A stretch of 30,691 nt of DNA from Candidatus Nanohaloarchaea archaeon (GTDB lineage Archaea > Nanohalarchaeota > Nanosalinia > Nanosalinales > Nanosalinaceae). Each line of letters starts with the position of its first letter. Positions within the stretch are counted from its first letter, which is position 1. Both the position numbers and the translations under genes were made by a program. The DNA lies in assembly GCA_042217585.1 (NCBI GenBank), contig JBDGSJ010000020.1:1-30691 (forward strand). The letters are read 5' to 3'. The notes below the pieces were generated by a model. The model ran no database searches. It had not been told where the DNA came from and saw nothing but the letters and a program-made list of their open reading frames with translations. Shown here piece by piece: positions 17,925-25,845 of the stretch.

Positions 17925-18095
17925 ACAAGACTTGCCTTGTTCGTGTTGGGCCACGAACAGTAGATCCGACTCGTTTGGGCGCGAGTCTGGGTTGACGCGT
18001 TGGGCAACGCATCGTTCGATTCGAGTTGGGCCTCGAATCGGAGTCGAGCTGGGAAGCTCGCGATTCACGTGTGCAAGTTTGGGCTATTGGGCTAA
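17925..18095 (+). ncRNA. Candidate structured ncRNA or leader: multibranch hairpin array with repeated UUGGGC loops
   Basis: Five hairpins with unrelated stems; TTGGGC at 17946, 17975, 18000, 18026, 18079 and 18087; closing helix ACTTGC/GCAAGT; G-U pairs favour the + strand; no credible ORF. Confidence 0.7.
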
Positions 18096-18164
18096 GTTCT
18101 AAGGTAGAATTACCTATACCGACTTAAAAAGGTTAGGTGTACCTACGTCGCGGGCTGGACCACA

Positions 18165-19235
18165 ATGGAATCCATAATCGAAAACACGTCGCAAAACGAG
18201 CAAAAGGAGCAAAACCTTGACGACATAAAGGATGCTAAGATCCTGGTAGTCGGCACTGGTGGCGCCGGCAACAACCAGGTCACACGTATTCAGAAAAAGA
18301 ACGTTGAGGGTGCGGAGACTGTCGCGATCAACACCGACAAGCAGCACCTGAAGATGTCCTCTGCGGACAGAAAGATACTGGTAGGTAAAGAACTTACGAA
18401 GGGGCTCGGCGCCGGCGGCGACCCTGAGACCGGCGGACGGGCAGTCGAGGAAAACCGTGCCGAACTCCGGAGCCTGTTCAAGGACGCCGACATGGTGTTC
18501 CTGACAGCTGGCCTCGGAGGAGGAACCGGAACGGGAACTATCCCTGTCCTCGCGGAGATCGCGAAGAAGGAGGACTGCATAGTGATCGGAACGGTGACGA
18601 TGCCGTTCAGCATCGAGGGAGCACGGATGAGCAAGGCAGAGGACGGTCTCTACCAGCTCAGGCAGCACGTCGACACGGCGATAGTCATCGAGAACGACAG
18701 GCTGCTGGACATAGCGGGCGACATGCCGCTGGACCAGGCATTCGGCGTCGCGGACGAACTCATAACAACGATGATAAAGGGAATCACCGAGACGATCTCC
18801 AAGCCTTCCCTCGTCAACCTTGACTACGCGGACGTCGAGGCAGTGATGAACGAGGGAGGAGTCGCAGTAGTGGGATACGGAGAATCCAACACCAACAACA
18901 AGGGCGAGGAAGCCATACACGAGGCCCTCAGCAATCCGCTGCTCGACGTGGAGTTCGAGGGCGCGAACGGCGCACTCCTGCACGTCGCGGGAGGCGAGGA
19001 CCTCACCCTGAACGAGATCAACGACGTCGGCGAGACGGTAACCGACAAACTGAACCAGCAGGCCCAGGTGATCTGGGGCGCCCGGATCAGGGAAGAACTC
19101 CAGGGCAAACTGCGGGTCATCTCGATCATAACAGGTGTGAAATCCCCCTACGTGCTCGGCGAACTCGAGGAAGAGGAAGAAGCCGAGGTCAAGGGAGACG
19201 TGAACGACCTGGGACTCGAGGTGCTGAACAACTAA
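18165..19235 (+). CDS. ftsZ: Cell division protein FtsZ (FtsZ2-like clade)
   Basis: Motifs GTGGAGNN, AINTDKQHL, GLGAGGDP, GGGTGTG, PSLVNLDYAD, VIWGARI and a C-terminal LGLEVL tail. NTDKQHL and LDYAD resemble archaeal FtsZ2. Confidence 0.96.
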   Translation: MESIIENTSQNEQKEQNLDDIKDAKILVVGTGGAGNNQVTRIQKKNVEGAETVAINTDKQHLKMSSADRKILVGKELTKGLGAGGDPETGGRAVEENRAELRSLFKDADMVFLTAGLGGGTGTGTIPVLAEIAKKEDCIVIGTVTMPFSIEGARMSKAEDGLYQLRQHVDTAIVIENDRLLDIAGDMPLDQAFGVADELITTMIKGITETISKPSLVNLDYADVEAVMNEGGVAVVGYGESNTNNKGEEAIHEALSNPLLDVEFEGANGALLHVAGGEDLTLNEINDVGETVTDKLNQQAQVIWGARIREELQGKLRVISIITGVKSPYVLGELEEEEEAEVKGDVNDLGLEVLNN

Positions 19236-19245
19236 AACGATATTA

Positions 19246-19385
19246 TGGAGGAAGGCCTCTCAAAACACTCCCCTCCCCCCTACAGGCTTTCCTCCAAAAA
19301 TATATTTCAACAGGCGGACCTCCACACCACCACAAACTGAACTCCCCTCCCCCCCTCGGTGTGGAGGTCTTGCCGAACCTTTTTA
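19246..19385 (+). other. Twin long hairpins sharing a C-rich loop motif downstream of ftsZ, ending in a T-run (3' UTR, terminator or sRNA)
   Basis: Stems 19246-58/19284-96 (13 bp, one G-U) and 19317-28/19358-69 (12 bp, perfect). Both loops contain ACTCCCCTCCCCCC. Confidence 0.7.
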
Positions 19386-19425
19386 ATCCACAACTGACTT
19401 AACGTCGGGATAACAGAGTTCTCCT

Positions 19426-19929
19426 GTGAGAAAACCAGTCTTCCTTCTTTCGATAGCACCTCTGCTGGCGCTTTCAGCCTCGCTCGGGATACACAGAGCG
19501 GGACTTCCACCTTACCTGCCGGGGATCCTGGCAACGGCGGCCGCAGTCTCAATGGTTTACGGCAGGAAGATCTCAGGAGGTTACGAGAGGACCTACAGGC
19601 TTAGAGCTCTGGAAGCGGTCTCGCCAGTTATCACGGAGATCTCGCTTTACATAGGTATGCTGGGATCGGAGGTGGTCCCAGGACCTGTCGGAGTGACAGT
19701 CATGGGGCTTCTGCTGCTGAACGGGTCGGTTAGACGTAGGCTCGGAGAAGAGTTCAGGACCAGAACACCTGAAATAACCGGAAACCGGATGAAAGTGGTC
19801 CTTGTGGCTGCTGCTTTCCTAGCGGCGGGCTACGCCAGGTACTCGCTTTTCTACGGTGCGCTGGTCCTTGGCGGCCTCTCAGTATATGAACTCGCTGCCG
19901 TATCCCGGGACACGGCAAGGAATCTCTGA
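19426..19929 (+). CDS. Hypothetical membrane protein
   Basis: Hydrophobic ORF filling the gap between ftsZ and the NusA-like gene; GTG start. Confidence 0.6.
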   Translation: MRKPVFLLSIAPLLALSASLGIHRAGLPPYLPGILATAAAVSMVYGRKISGGYERTYRLRALEAVSPVITEISLYIGMLGSEVVPGPVGVTVMGLLLLNGSVRRRLGEEFRTRTPEITGNRMKVVLVAAAFLAAGYARYSLFYGALVLGGLSVYELAAVSRDTARNL

Positions 19930-19982
19930 AGGCAGGCGGTTCACTCCTCAGGTATTTAATTTTTCTCGAACCCTTTCTATAC

Positions 19983-20486
19983 ATGAAGGCTCCAATATGC
20001 AACGTTTGTCTCAAGAGTGACGTTCTCTGCTCCCACTGCGAGGAGAAACTGGAGAACGGGGAAATATCTGAAATCGAAATCCGGGTCTCGAGGATACTTA
20101 AGGAACTTAGCAACGAGTACGGCTCGCTGAGGGACTCGGAGATCCTGAAGGTCTTCGACACGGACAACGTGGTGATCATAGTCACCGCCGAGGGAGACGG
20201 CGCGAAGGTAGTCGGCAGAAGCGGAGAGATAGTGAAGAAGCTCGCGGACAGGATAGAGAAATCCATCCGGGTGGTCGAGAAGGCCTCGGACGACCGCGAC
20301 GTCATCAAGGGACTGCTTTCGCCGGCGGAGATAGAATCCATAAACACCGTGTTCAAGCCGGAGGGAGAGTCGAAGAAGGTAGTGGTCGACGAGTCCTACG
20401 AGGGCAAGATAAACCTCTCCACGGACGAGTTCGAGCAAGTCATCCAGGAAGTCACGGGCACCAGCTACGAGCTCTCCTTCGAGTGA
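19983..20486 (+). CDS. Archaeal NusA-like KH-domain protein with an N-terminal zinc finger
   Basis: MKAPICNVCLKSDVLCSHC, then a KH GxxG loop (VVGRSGEIVKKL) and IRVVE. Confidence 0.82.
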   Translation: MKAPICNVCLKSDVLCSHCEEKLENGEISEIEIRVSRILKELSNEYGSLRDSEILKVFDTDNVVIIVTAEGDGAKVVGRSGEIVKKLADRIEKSIRVVEKASDDRDVIKGLLSPAEIESINTVFKPEGESKKVVVDESYEGKINLSTDEFEQVIQEVTGTSYELSFE

Positions 20487-20599
20487 ACCACACCGTTCAT
20501 ACCTCCTCCATTATTTCTTTGAGACCTTTCCCGGCGACTACCAGACCCGAAGTAATACCATGTAATATTTAAACGCTTTCTGTATTACTCCGTATTACG

Positions 20600-22903
20600 A
20601 TGGAACGTTCTGCCCGGGCATCCGGGAAACTGACGGTGCCTCTAGAACAGCTGGAAAAAGCCGACAAGGGAAGAGTTGGTGGAAAGAGCGCCAACCTGGG
20701 AGAGCTGTCGAAAATCGGAGTACCGGTCCTACCCGGTTTCTCAACTACATCAAGGGCCTTCGACCGGTTCATGAAGTCAGAAGACCTGGAAAGCAGGATA
20801 AGAGAGATACTGAACGGAACGGACACCTCTGACATAAAGGAGCTGGGAAAGAAGAGCCATGAAATCCGGGAAGCTATAAGGACCGCTGACATGCCGGAGG
20901 ACCTGAGAGAAGATATCAGGGAGAGCTACCGCGAGCTCGCTGAAAGGACGGAGATGGAAGAGCCGGAGGTCGCGGTCCGGTCCTCGGCGACGGCAGAGGA
21001 CCTGCCGGATGCGTCTTTCGCAGGACAGCAGGACACCTTCCTGAACGTTTCCGGCGCCTCTGAAGTCATAGAGGCCGTCAAGAAGTGCTTCGCCTCGCTG
21101 TTCACGGACCGCGCCATCTCCTACCGGGAGGAGCACGACTTCCCTCACTTCGACGTCAAGCTGTCGTGCGCGGTCCAGAAGATGGCGGACCCCTCCGAGG
21201 GCGCCTCAGGCGTGATGTTTACCATGGACCCCGACTCGGGTTTCGAGAAGGTCGTGAGGATAGAGGCGGCCTACGGGCTCGGAGAGCCGGTCGTGGGAGG
21301 AGACGTCAACCCGGACCACTACACCTTCTTCAAGCAGACAGAGGGGATAATCGAGAAGGAGCTCGGCGAGAAGGAGAGGAAGATGATCTCCTCAGAGGAC
21401 GGTAACAGGATGGTGGAGGTCCCGGAGGAGAAGAGACAGCAGTATGTGCTTGACGATGAGGATATAGAGAGGCTCGGAAGGTACGCCAAGAGGATCGAGG
21501 ACCATTACGGGAATCCGATGGACATCGAGTGGGTCCTTGACGGCGAACTGGATGAACTTTTCATCGTCCAGGCAAGACCTGAGACGGTGCACTCCAACCG
21601 GGACGAGGACGTCGTAAGGAGTTACAGCCTTGAAGAGGGATCGGAGGTGCTGGTCGAGGGAGCAGGGATCGGCGACATGATAGGTTCCGGAAGCGTCAGG
21701 AGGCTTGACTCACCGGATGAGATGGAGGAGTTCAGCGAGGGCGAGGTGCTCGTCACGGAGAGGACCGACCCAGACTGGGAGCCTGTGATGAAGAAGGCCT
21801 CGGGGATAGTCACGGACCGGGGCGGAAAGACAAGCCACGCAGCGATAGTCTCCCGGGAACTGGGTGTGCCCGCGGTCGTGGGGACCGGCGACGGCACCAG
21901 CGAACTGGAGACCGGGGACGAGGTCACCGTGGACTGCTCCAGCGAGAACGGCAGGGTCCTCGACGGCGAACTCGAGTACAGCGTCTCCGAGGAGCAGGTG
22001 GACGAGATCCCGGAGACCGACACGGACGTGATGCTGATTATGGGAAGTCCTTCCTCGGCCTTCTACGCGGCGGACCTCCCGGTCAACGGCGTCGGACTGG
22101 CTCGGGAGGAGTTCATAATCTCATCTCAGGTGGGCGAACACCCTCTCAGCCTCATCGAGAAGGGAGAGGAGGACCGGTTCGTCGAGGAGCTCAGGTCCGG
22201 GATCTCGAAGATCGCCGCCGCCTTCTACCCCGATGACGTGATCGTCAGGCTGAGCGACTTCAAGTCCGATGAGTACCGTGGTCTGGAGGGCGGTGAGAAG
22301 TACGAGTCCGAGGAATCCAACCCGATGCTTGGCTGGAGAGGAGCCTCCCGGTACTACGATGAACGGTTCGAGGAGGCTTTCAGGCTGGAATGCGAGGCTC
22401 TTCGGCAGGTCCGTGAGGAGGCGGGTCTCGACAACATAGTGCTGATGGTGCCGTTTGTGAGGACCCCGGAGGAGGGAGAGAAGGTGAAGGAGATGATGGA
22501 CCAGCACGGTCTGGACACCGGAGAGTTCGAGGTCTACGTGATGACGGAGCTCCCGTCAAACGTGATGCTGGCGGACGAGCTCGGTGAGATGTTCGACGGC
22601 TTCTCCATAGGCTCCAACGACCTGACCCAGCTGACCCTTGGCGTGGACAGGAACGCGGGGGACCTCGCCCACCTGTTCGATGAGGACCACAGGGCGGTGA
22701 AGCGGGCGATCCGCCACCTGATACGCCAGGCGGACATGACCGATACGAAGATAGGTATCTGCGGGGACGCGCCGTCGACCATCGACGGCTACGCTGAGTT
22801 CCTGGTGGAGGAGGGTATCGACTCCATCTCAGTGTCTCCCGACGTGGCGCTGGAGACCAAGATGAGGGTCGCGGAGGCGGAGGACCGCCGTGAACTTAAG
22901 TAA
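20600..22903 (+). CDS. ppsA: Phosphoenolpyruvate synthase (pyruvate, water dikinase)
   Basis: Motifs VGGKSANLGEL, VAVRSSATAEDLPDASFAGQQDT, QARPETV, phospho-His TSHAAIVSRELG, NPMLGWRG, FSIGSNDLTQL. Confidence 0.97.
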   Translation: MERSARASGKLTVPLEQLEKADKGRVGGKSANLGELSKIGVPVLPGFSTTSRAFDRFMKSEDLESRIREILNGTDTSDIKELGKKSHEIREAIRTADMPEDLREDIRESYRELAERTEMEEPEVAVRSSATAEDLPDASFAGQQDTFLNVSGASEVIEAVKKCFASLFTDRAISYREEHDFPHFDVKLSCAVQKMADPSEGASGVMFTMDPDSGFEKVVRIEAAYGLGEPVVGGDVNPDHYTFFKQTEGIIEKELGEKERKMISSEDGNRMVEVPEEKRQQYVLDDEDIERLGRYAKRIEDHYGNPMDIEWVLDGELDELFIVQARPETVHSNRDEDVVRSYSLEEGSEVLVEGAGIGDMIGSGSVRRLDSPDEMEEFSEGEVLVTERTDPDWEPVMKKASGIVTDRGGKTSHAAIVSRELGVPAVVGTGDGTSELETGDEVTVDCSSENGRVLDGELEYSVSEEQVDEIPETDTDVMLIMGSPSSAFYAADLPVNGVGLAREEFIISSQVGEHPLSLIEKGEEDRFVEELRSGISKIAAAFYPDDVIVRLSDFKSDEYRGLEGGEKYESEESNPMLGWRGASRYYDERFEEAFRLECEALRQVREEAGLDNIVLMVPFVRTPEEGEKVKEMMDQHGLDTGEFEVYVMTELPSNVMLADELGEMFDGFSIGSNDLTQLTLGVDRNAGDLAHLFDEDHRAVKRAIRHLIRQADMTDTKIGICGDAPSTIDGYAEFLVEEGIDSISVSPDVALETKMRVAEAEDRRELK

Positions 22904-22930
22904 GTTTGCGGACCATCTCTTCCCAGTACG

Positions 22931-24712
22931 ATGGGTAAAAACTCGAAGAACTTCATAGTGGTCATCGACCAGGAGAAGATACGGCCCGACGAGGCTAAGA
23001 ACACCGTCATCAAGTACGACCCGCTGAACCGGGCGGGTAAGGACGGCGGCTTCCACCTCAACGAGGACAACGAGCTCCACATCGACAACGAGAAGGTGAT
23101 GGAGGCCCACAAGATGGCGATCAACAAGTACCCGTTCGACGGCATACAGCTGGTCCAGCTCGATCACGAGGAGGGCGACCAGATCCACCAGTTCGGGGAG
23201 AACGCCTTCCGGCTGTACAACCTTCCCGAGCCGCAGGAGGGCCGGGTGGTCGGCCTGCTCGGGAGGAACGGCATAGGTAAGTCGACCGCGCTAAAGATAC
23301 TTTCAGGCGACATAAAGCCGAACCTCGGGAGACCCAGGGAGGACGTTTCATGGGACGAGATAAAGGAGGAGTTCCGCGGGACCGGGCTCCAGACACATTT
23401 CAGGAAGCTTGCCGATGGAGAGATCGAATCAGCTTTCAAGCCACAGAAGGTCGAACAGATACCGGAGATATTCGAGGGAGAGGTCCGCGAACTTCTCGAA
23501 AAGGCGGACGAGCGAGATGTGCTCGATGAGGTCGCGGGGAAGACAGATATCGAGCACCTGCTGGACCGGGATATAGAGACCCTCTCGGGTGGAGAGCTCC
23601 AGAGGGTTGCGGTCGCATCGACGCTCGTCAAGGACGCCGACATGTACTTCTTCGACGAGCCATCCTCCTTCCTGGACGTCGGACAGAGGCTCAGGATCGG
23701 AAGAGCGATAAGGGAGCTCGGGGAGGAACGGAAGGTCTTCGTCGTTGAGCACGACCTCGCGACACTGGACCTGATCGCCTCGAACATCCACGTCTTCCAC
23801 GGCGAGGCAGGGGCTTACGGCATGGTCTCCGACGCGATGTCGGTAAAGGACGGGATAAACCAGTACCTCGACGGCTACCTGAAGACCCACAACATCCAGA
23901 TAAGGAGCGAATCCATAAGTTTCGACAGGAGCAAGAGGTCCCAGGTCGAGAACAAGCCAGTGACTCTGGATTTCCCCTCGATGAGGAAGAGGTTCCAGGA
24001 CGGCGGCTTCAGCCTTGAGACCGAGGCCGGGGACCTGCACGACGAGGAGATACTGGCGATCTTCGGGGAGAACGGGCTGGGAAAGACCACGTTCGCGAAG
24101 CTGATGGCCGGGGCCTACGAACCGGACGAGGGCGAATCACCGGACATCAACATATCCTACAAGCCGCAGTACCTTGACGAGAAGGACGAGACCGTCAGGG
24201 CCGCGCTTTCGAAGCACACCAACCCGGAAGGCAAGAGGTTCAAGGCACGAATCGGGAACCCCCTGGACCTCGAGGAGCTCTACGACCACAACCTCGAGGA
24301 CCTGTCCGGCGGAGAGCTCCAGAAGGTCGGGATCGCGATCTGCCTTGCGAGGGACGCCGACGTCTACCTGCTGGACGAGCCCTCGGCGTATCTCGACGTG
24401 GAGACCCGCGTCGAACTCGGTAAGGCGCTGAAGAGGTTCGCGAGGAAGACCGAGCAGCCGCTTATGGTCATCGACCACGACCTGCTTATACTCGACTACA
24501 TATCCGACCGGGGGATGGTGTTCACCGGCGAACCCGGCGTCGAGGGAAGATCGACCGCACCTGAGAGGATAGACGAGGCGATGAACGAGTTCCTGAAGGA
24601 GGTGGACCTGACCTTCAGGAAGGACCCTGACACGGGGAGGCCGCGAGCCAACAAGCCCGGCAGCCAGAAGGACCGCGAACTGCGGGAGAAAGACCAGTAC
24701 TACGAGAAGTGA
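22931..24712 (+). CDS. Ribosome recycling ATPase ABCE1/RLI with a cysteine-free N-terminal domain
   Basis: Two NBDs (GRNGIGKST, LSGGELQR, FFDEPSS; GENGLGKTT, LSGGELQK, LLDEPSAYLD) and the hinge-2 signature TFRKDPDTGRPRANKPGSQKD. Confidence 0.94.
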   Translation: MGKNSKNFIVVIDQEKIRPDEAKNTVIKYDPLNRAGKDGGFHLNEDNELHIDNEKVMEAHKMAINKYPFDGIQLVQLDHEEGDQIHQFGENAFRLYNLPEPQEGRVVGLLGRNGIGKSTALKILSGDIKPNLGRPREDVSWDEIKEEFRGTGLQTHFRKLADGEIESAFKPQKVEQIPEIFEGEVRELLEKADERDVLDEVAGKTDIEHLLDRDIETLSGGELQRVAVASTLVKDADMYFFDEPSSFLDVGQRLRIGRAIRELGEERKVFVVEHDLATLDLIASNIHVFHGEAGAYGMVSDAMSVKDGINQYLDGYLKTHNIQIRSESISFDRSKRSQVENKPVTLDFPSMRKRFQDGGFSLETEAGDLHDEEILAIFGENGLGKTTFAKLMAGAYEPDEGESPDINISYKPQYLDEKDETVRAALSKHTNPEGKRFKARIGNPLDLEELYDHNLEDLSGGELQKVGIAICLARDADVYLLDEPSAYLDVETRVELGKALKRFARKTEQPLMVIDHDLLILDYISDRGMVFTGEPGVEGRSTAPERIDEAMNEFLKEVDLTFRKDPDTGRPRANKPGSQKDRELREKDQYYEK

Positions 24713-24957
24713 TGGATGTGGAAAGAGACGCGATAGATTTCGAAAGGGGTGAGGAGGACGTCTTCTTCGTGGAGAGCCCGGTCGACACCGGGGAACTCGC
24801 TGAGAAGGACGACCCGAGGTCTGAGATCTTCAGGTTGCTTGAAGAGGAGGGACTGGAGATGGAGGACGTGGAACTCGTCGCATTGCTGAAGGACGAGTTC
24901 TGCTTCGAGAAAGGTGAGGACCCCGAGGTCCTGCTTGACGGCGAGAGGATCGAGTGA
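24709..24957 (+). CDS. Hypothetical small acidic protein
   Basis: Start overlaps the ABCE1 stop (GTGATG); acidic, with typical codon use. Confidence 0.65.
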   Translation: MMDVERDAIDFERGEEDVFFVESPVDTGELAEKDDPRSEIFRLLEEEGLEMEDVELVALLKDEFCFEKGEDPEVLLDGERIE

Positions 24958-24958
24958 A

Positions 24959-25078
24959 CTACAGGAGGTCGTCCCCGGACCGCTCGAGATCCCTTCTCTC
25001 CGGGTCCAGCTCCCTTCTCACGATGGAGAGCCGGTCCCGTAGCCCGTCCAGCAGACCAGTTTCCTCGTCGTACTCCAT
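24959..25078 (-). CDS. Putative 39-aa small protein (not in the ORF track)
   Basis: Hand translation gives MEYDEETGLLDGLRDRLSIVRRELDPERRDLERSGDDLL*. Starts 2 nt after the alaX stop and fills the intergenic gap. Confidence 0.5.
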   Translation of the reverse strand: MEYDEETGLLDGLRDRLSIVRRELDPERRDLERSGDDLL

Positions 25079-25080
25079 CT

Positions 25081-25803
25081 CTATCCCTCGTTGAGGACGA
25101 ACTCCAGTCTCTCCACGTCCGAGCCCTTGGACTTCCTGTTGACTATCTCGATCTCACCTATCTCGTCGAGGCTGTCGACGTGGGTTCCGCCGCAGGGACA
25201 GAGGTCCTCGTCTCCGATCACGACCACGCGCAGCGGATCGATGTGGTCTGGTATGATGTCGAGGTTGGTGCGGCCCTCCTGGACCCTCTCCTCGACCAGT
25301 TTACGGTCCATGTACTTCTTGTCGACCTCCAGCTCCTTCTCTATAAGGGAGTTGGCGGCTCTCTCGATCTTCTCCACGTCCTCCTCGTCGAACTCCACAG
25401 GCTCGAAATCTATACGGGACCTGTCGCTGTGTATCTGGTTCCCGGCCGTGGTGGCGTCGTACATGTTGAGGACCACCCATGAGACCACGTGCTGTGCGGT
25501 GTGCATCCTCATGTGCCTGTAACGGCGGTCCCAGTCTATCTCGCCGTGGACCTCCGTCCCCGGCTCCGGCAGGTCGCCCTCGAGGTAGTGGCGGACCTCG
25601 CCGCTCTCCCTCTGGACGTCCACCACCTCGGCGTTGCCTCCGTCCCATGAGAGCTCTCCGTGGTCCGCGGGCTGTCCGCCGCCCTCCTTGTAGAAAAGGG
25701 TCTCCTCGAGGCAGACATAGTTCCGGTCCTGTTTTACCTTCGTGACTTCTGCGTCGAACTCCTTCTGGTACTCGTTTTCCGGCAGATAAAGTTCGCCTGT
25801 CAT
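25081..25803 (-). CDS. alaX: Alanyl-tRNA editing protein AlaX (AlaX-M type)
   Basis: Motifs TLFYKEGGGQPADHG, IDWDRRYRHMRMHTAQH (HxxxH) and CGGTH (CxxxH). Confidence 0.93.
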   Translation of the reverse strand: MTGELYLPENEYQKEFDAEVTKVKQDRNYVCLEETLFYKEGGGQPADHGELSWDGGNAEVVDVQRESGEVRHYLEGDLPEPGTEVHGEIDWDRRYRHMRMHTAQHVVSWVVLNMYDATTAGNQIHSDRSRIDFEPVEFDEEDVEKIERAANSLIEKELEVDKKYMDRKLVEERVQEGRTNLDIIPDHIDPLRVVVIGDEDLCPCGGTHVDSLDEIGEIEIVNRKSKGSDVERLEFVLNEG

Positions 25804-25845
25804 ATGTTGGAAAGCTGCTGGGACTGTTAAGTCGGTTGCGGTGTT

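Noticed and set aside
17925..18095. Hairpin array as a CRISPR array, TIGR array, RNase P RNA or SRP RNA
   Set aside because: The constant part is only 6 nt and the variable parts are self-complementary. There is no cas or Nop-domain gene nearby, and I saw no RNase P (GAGGAAAGUCC) or SRP helix-8 signature on either strand.
15381..18983. Long antisense ORFs (15381..16592, 16977..17846, 18114..18983) and similar ones elsewhere
   Set aside because: These are shadows of real genes caused by GC-rich codon bias; they show no motifs and are rich in L/V/R/H or S/P.
19307..19552. ORF 19307..19552 (-)
   Set aside because: It overlaps the hairpin element and the + strand membrane gene, and shows no protein-like features.
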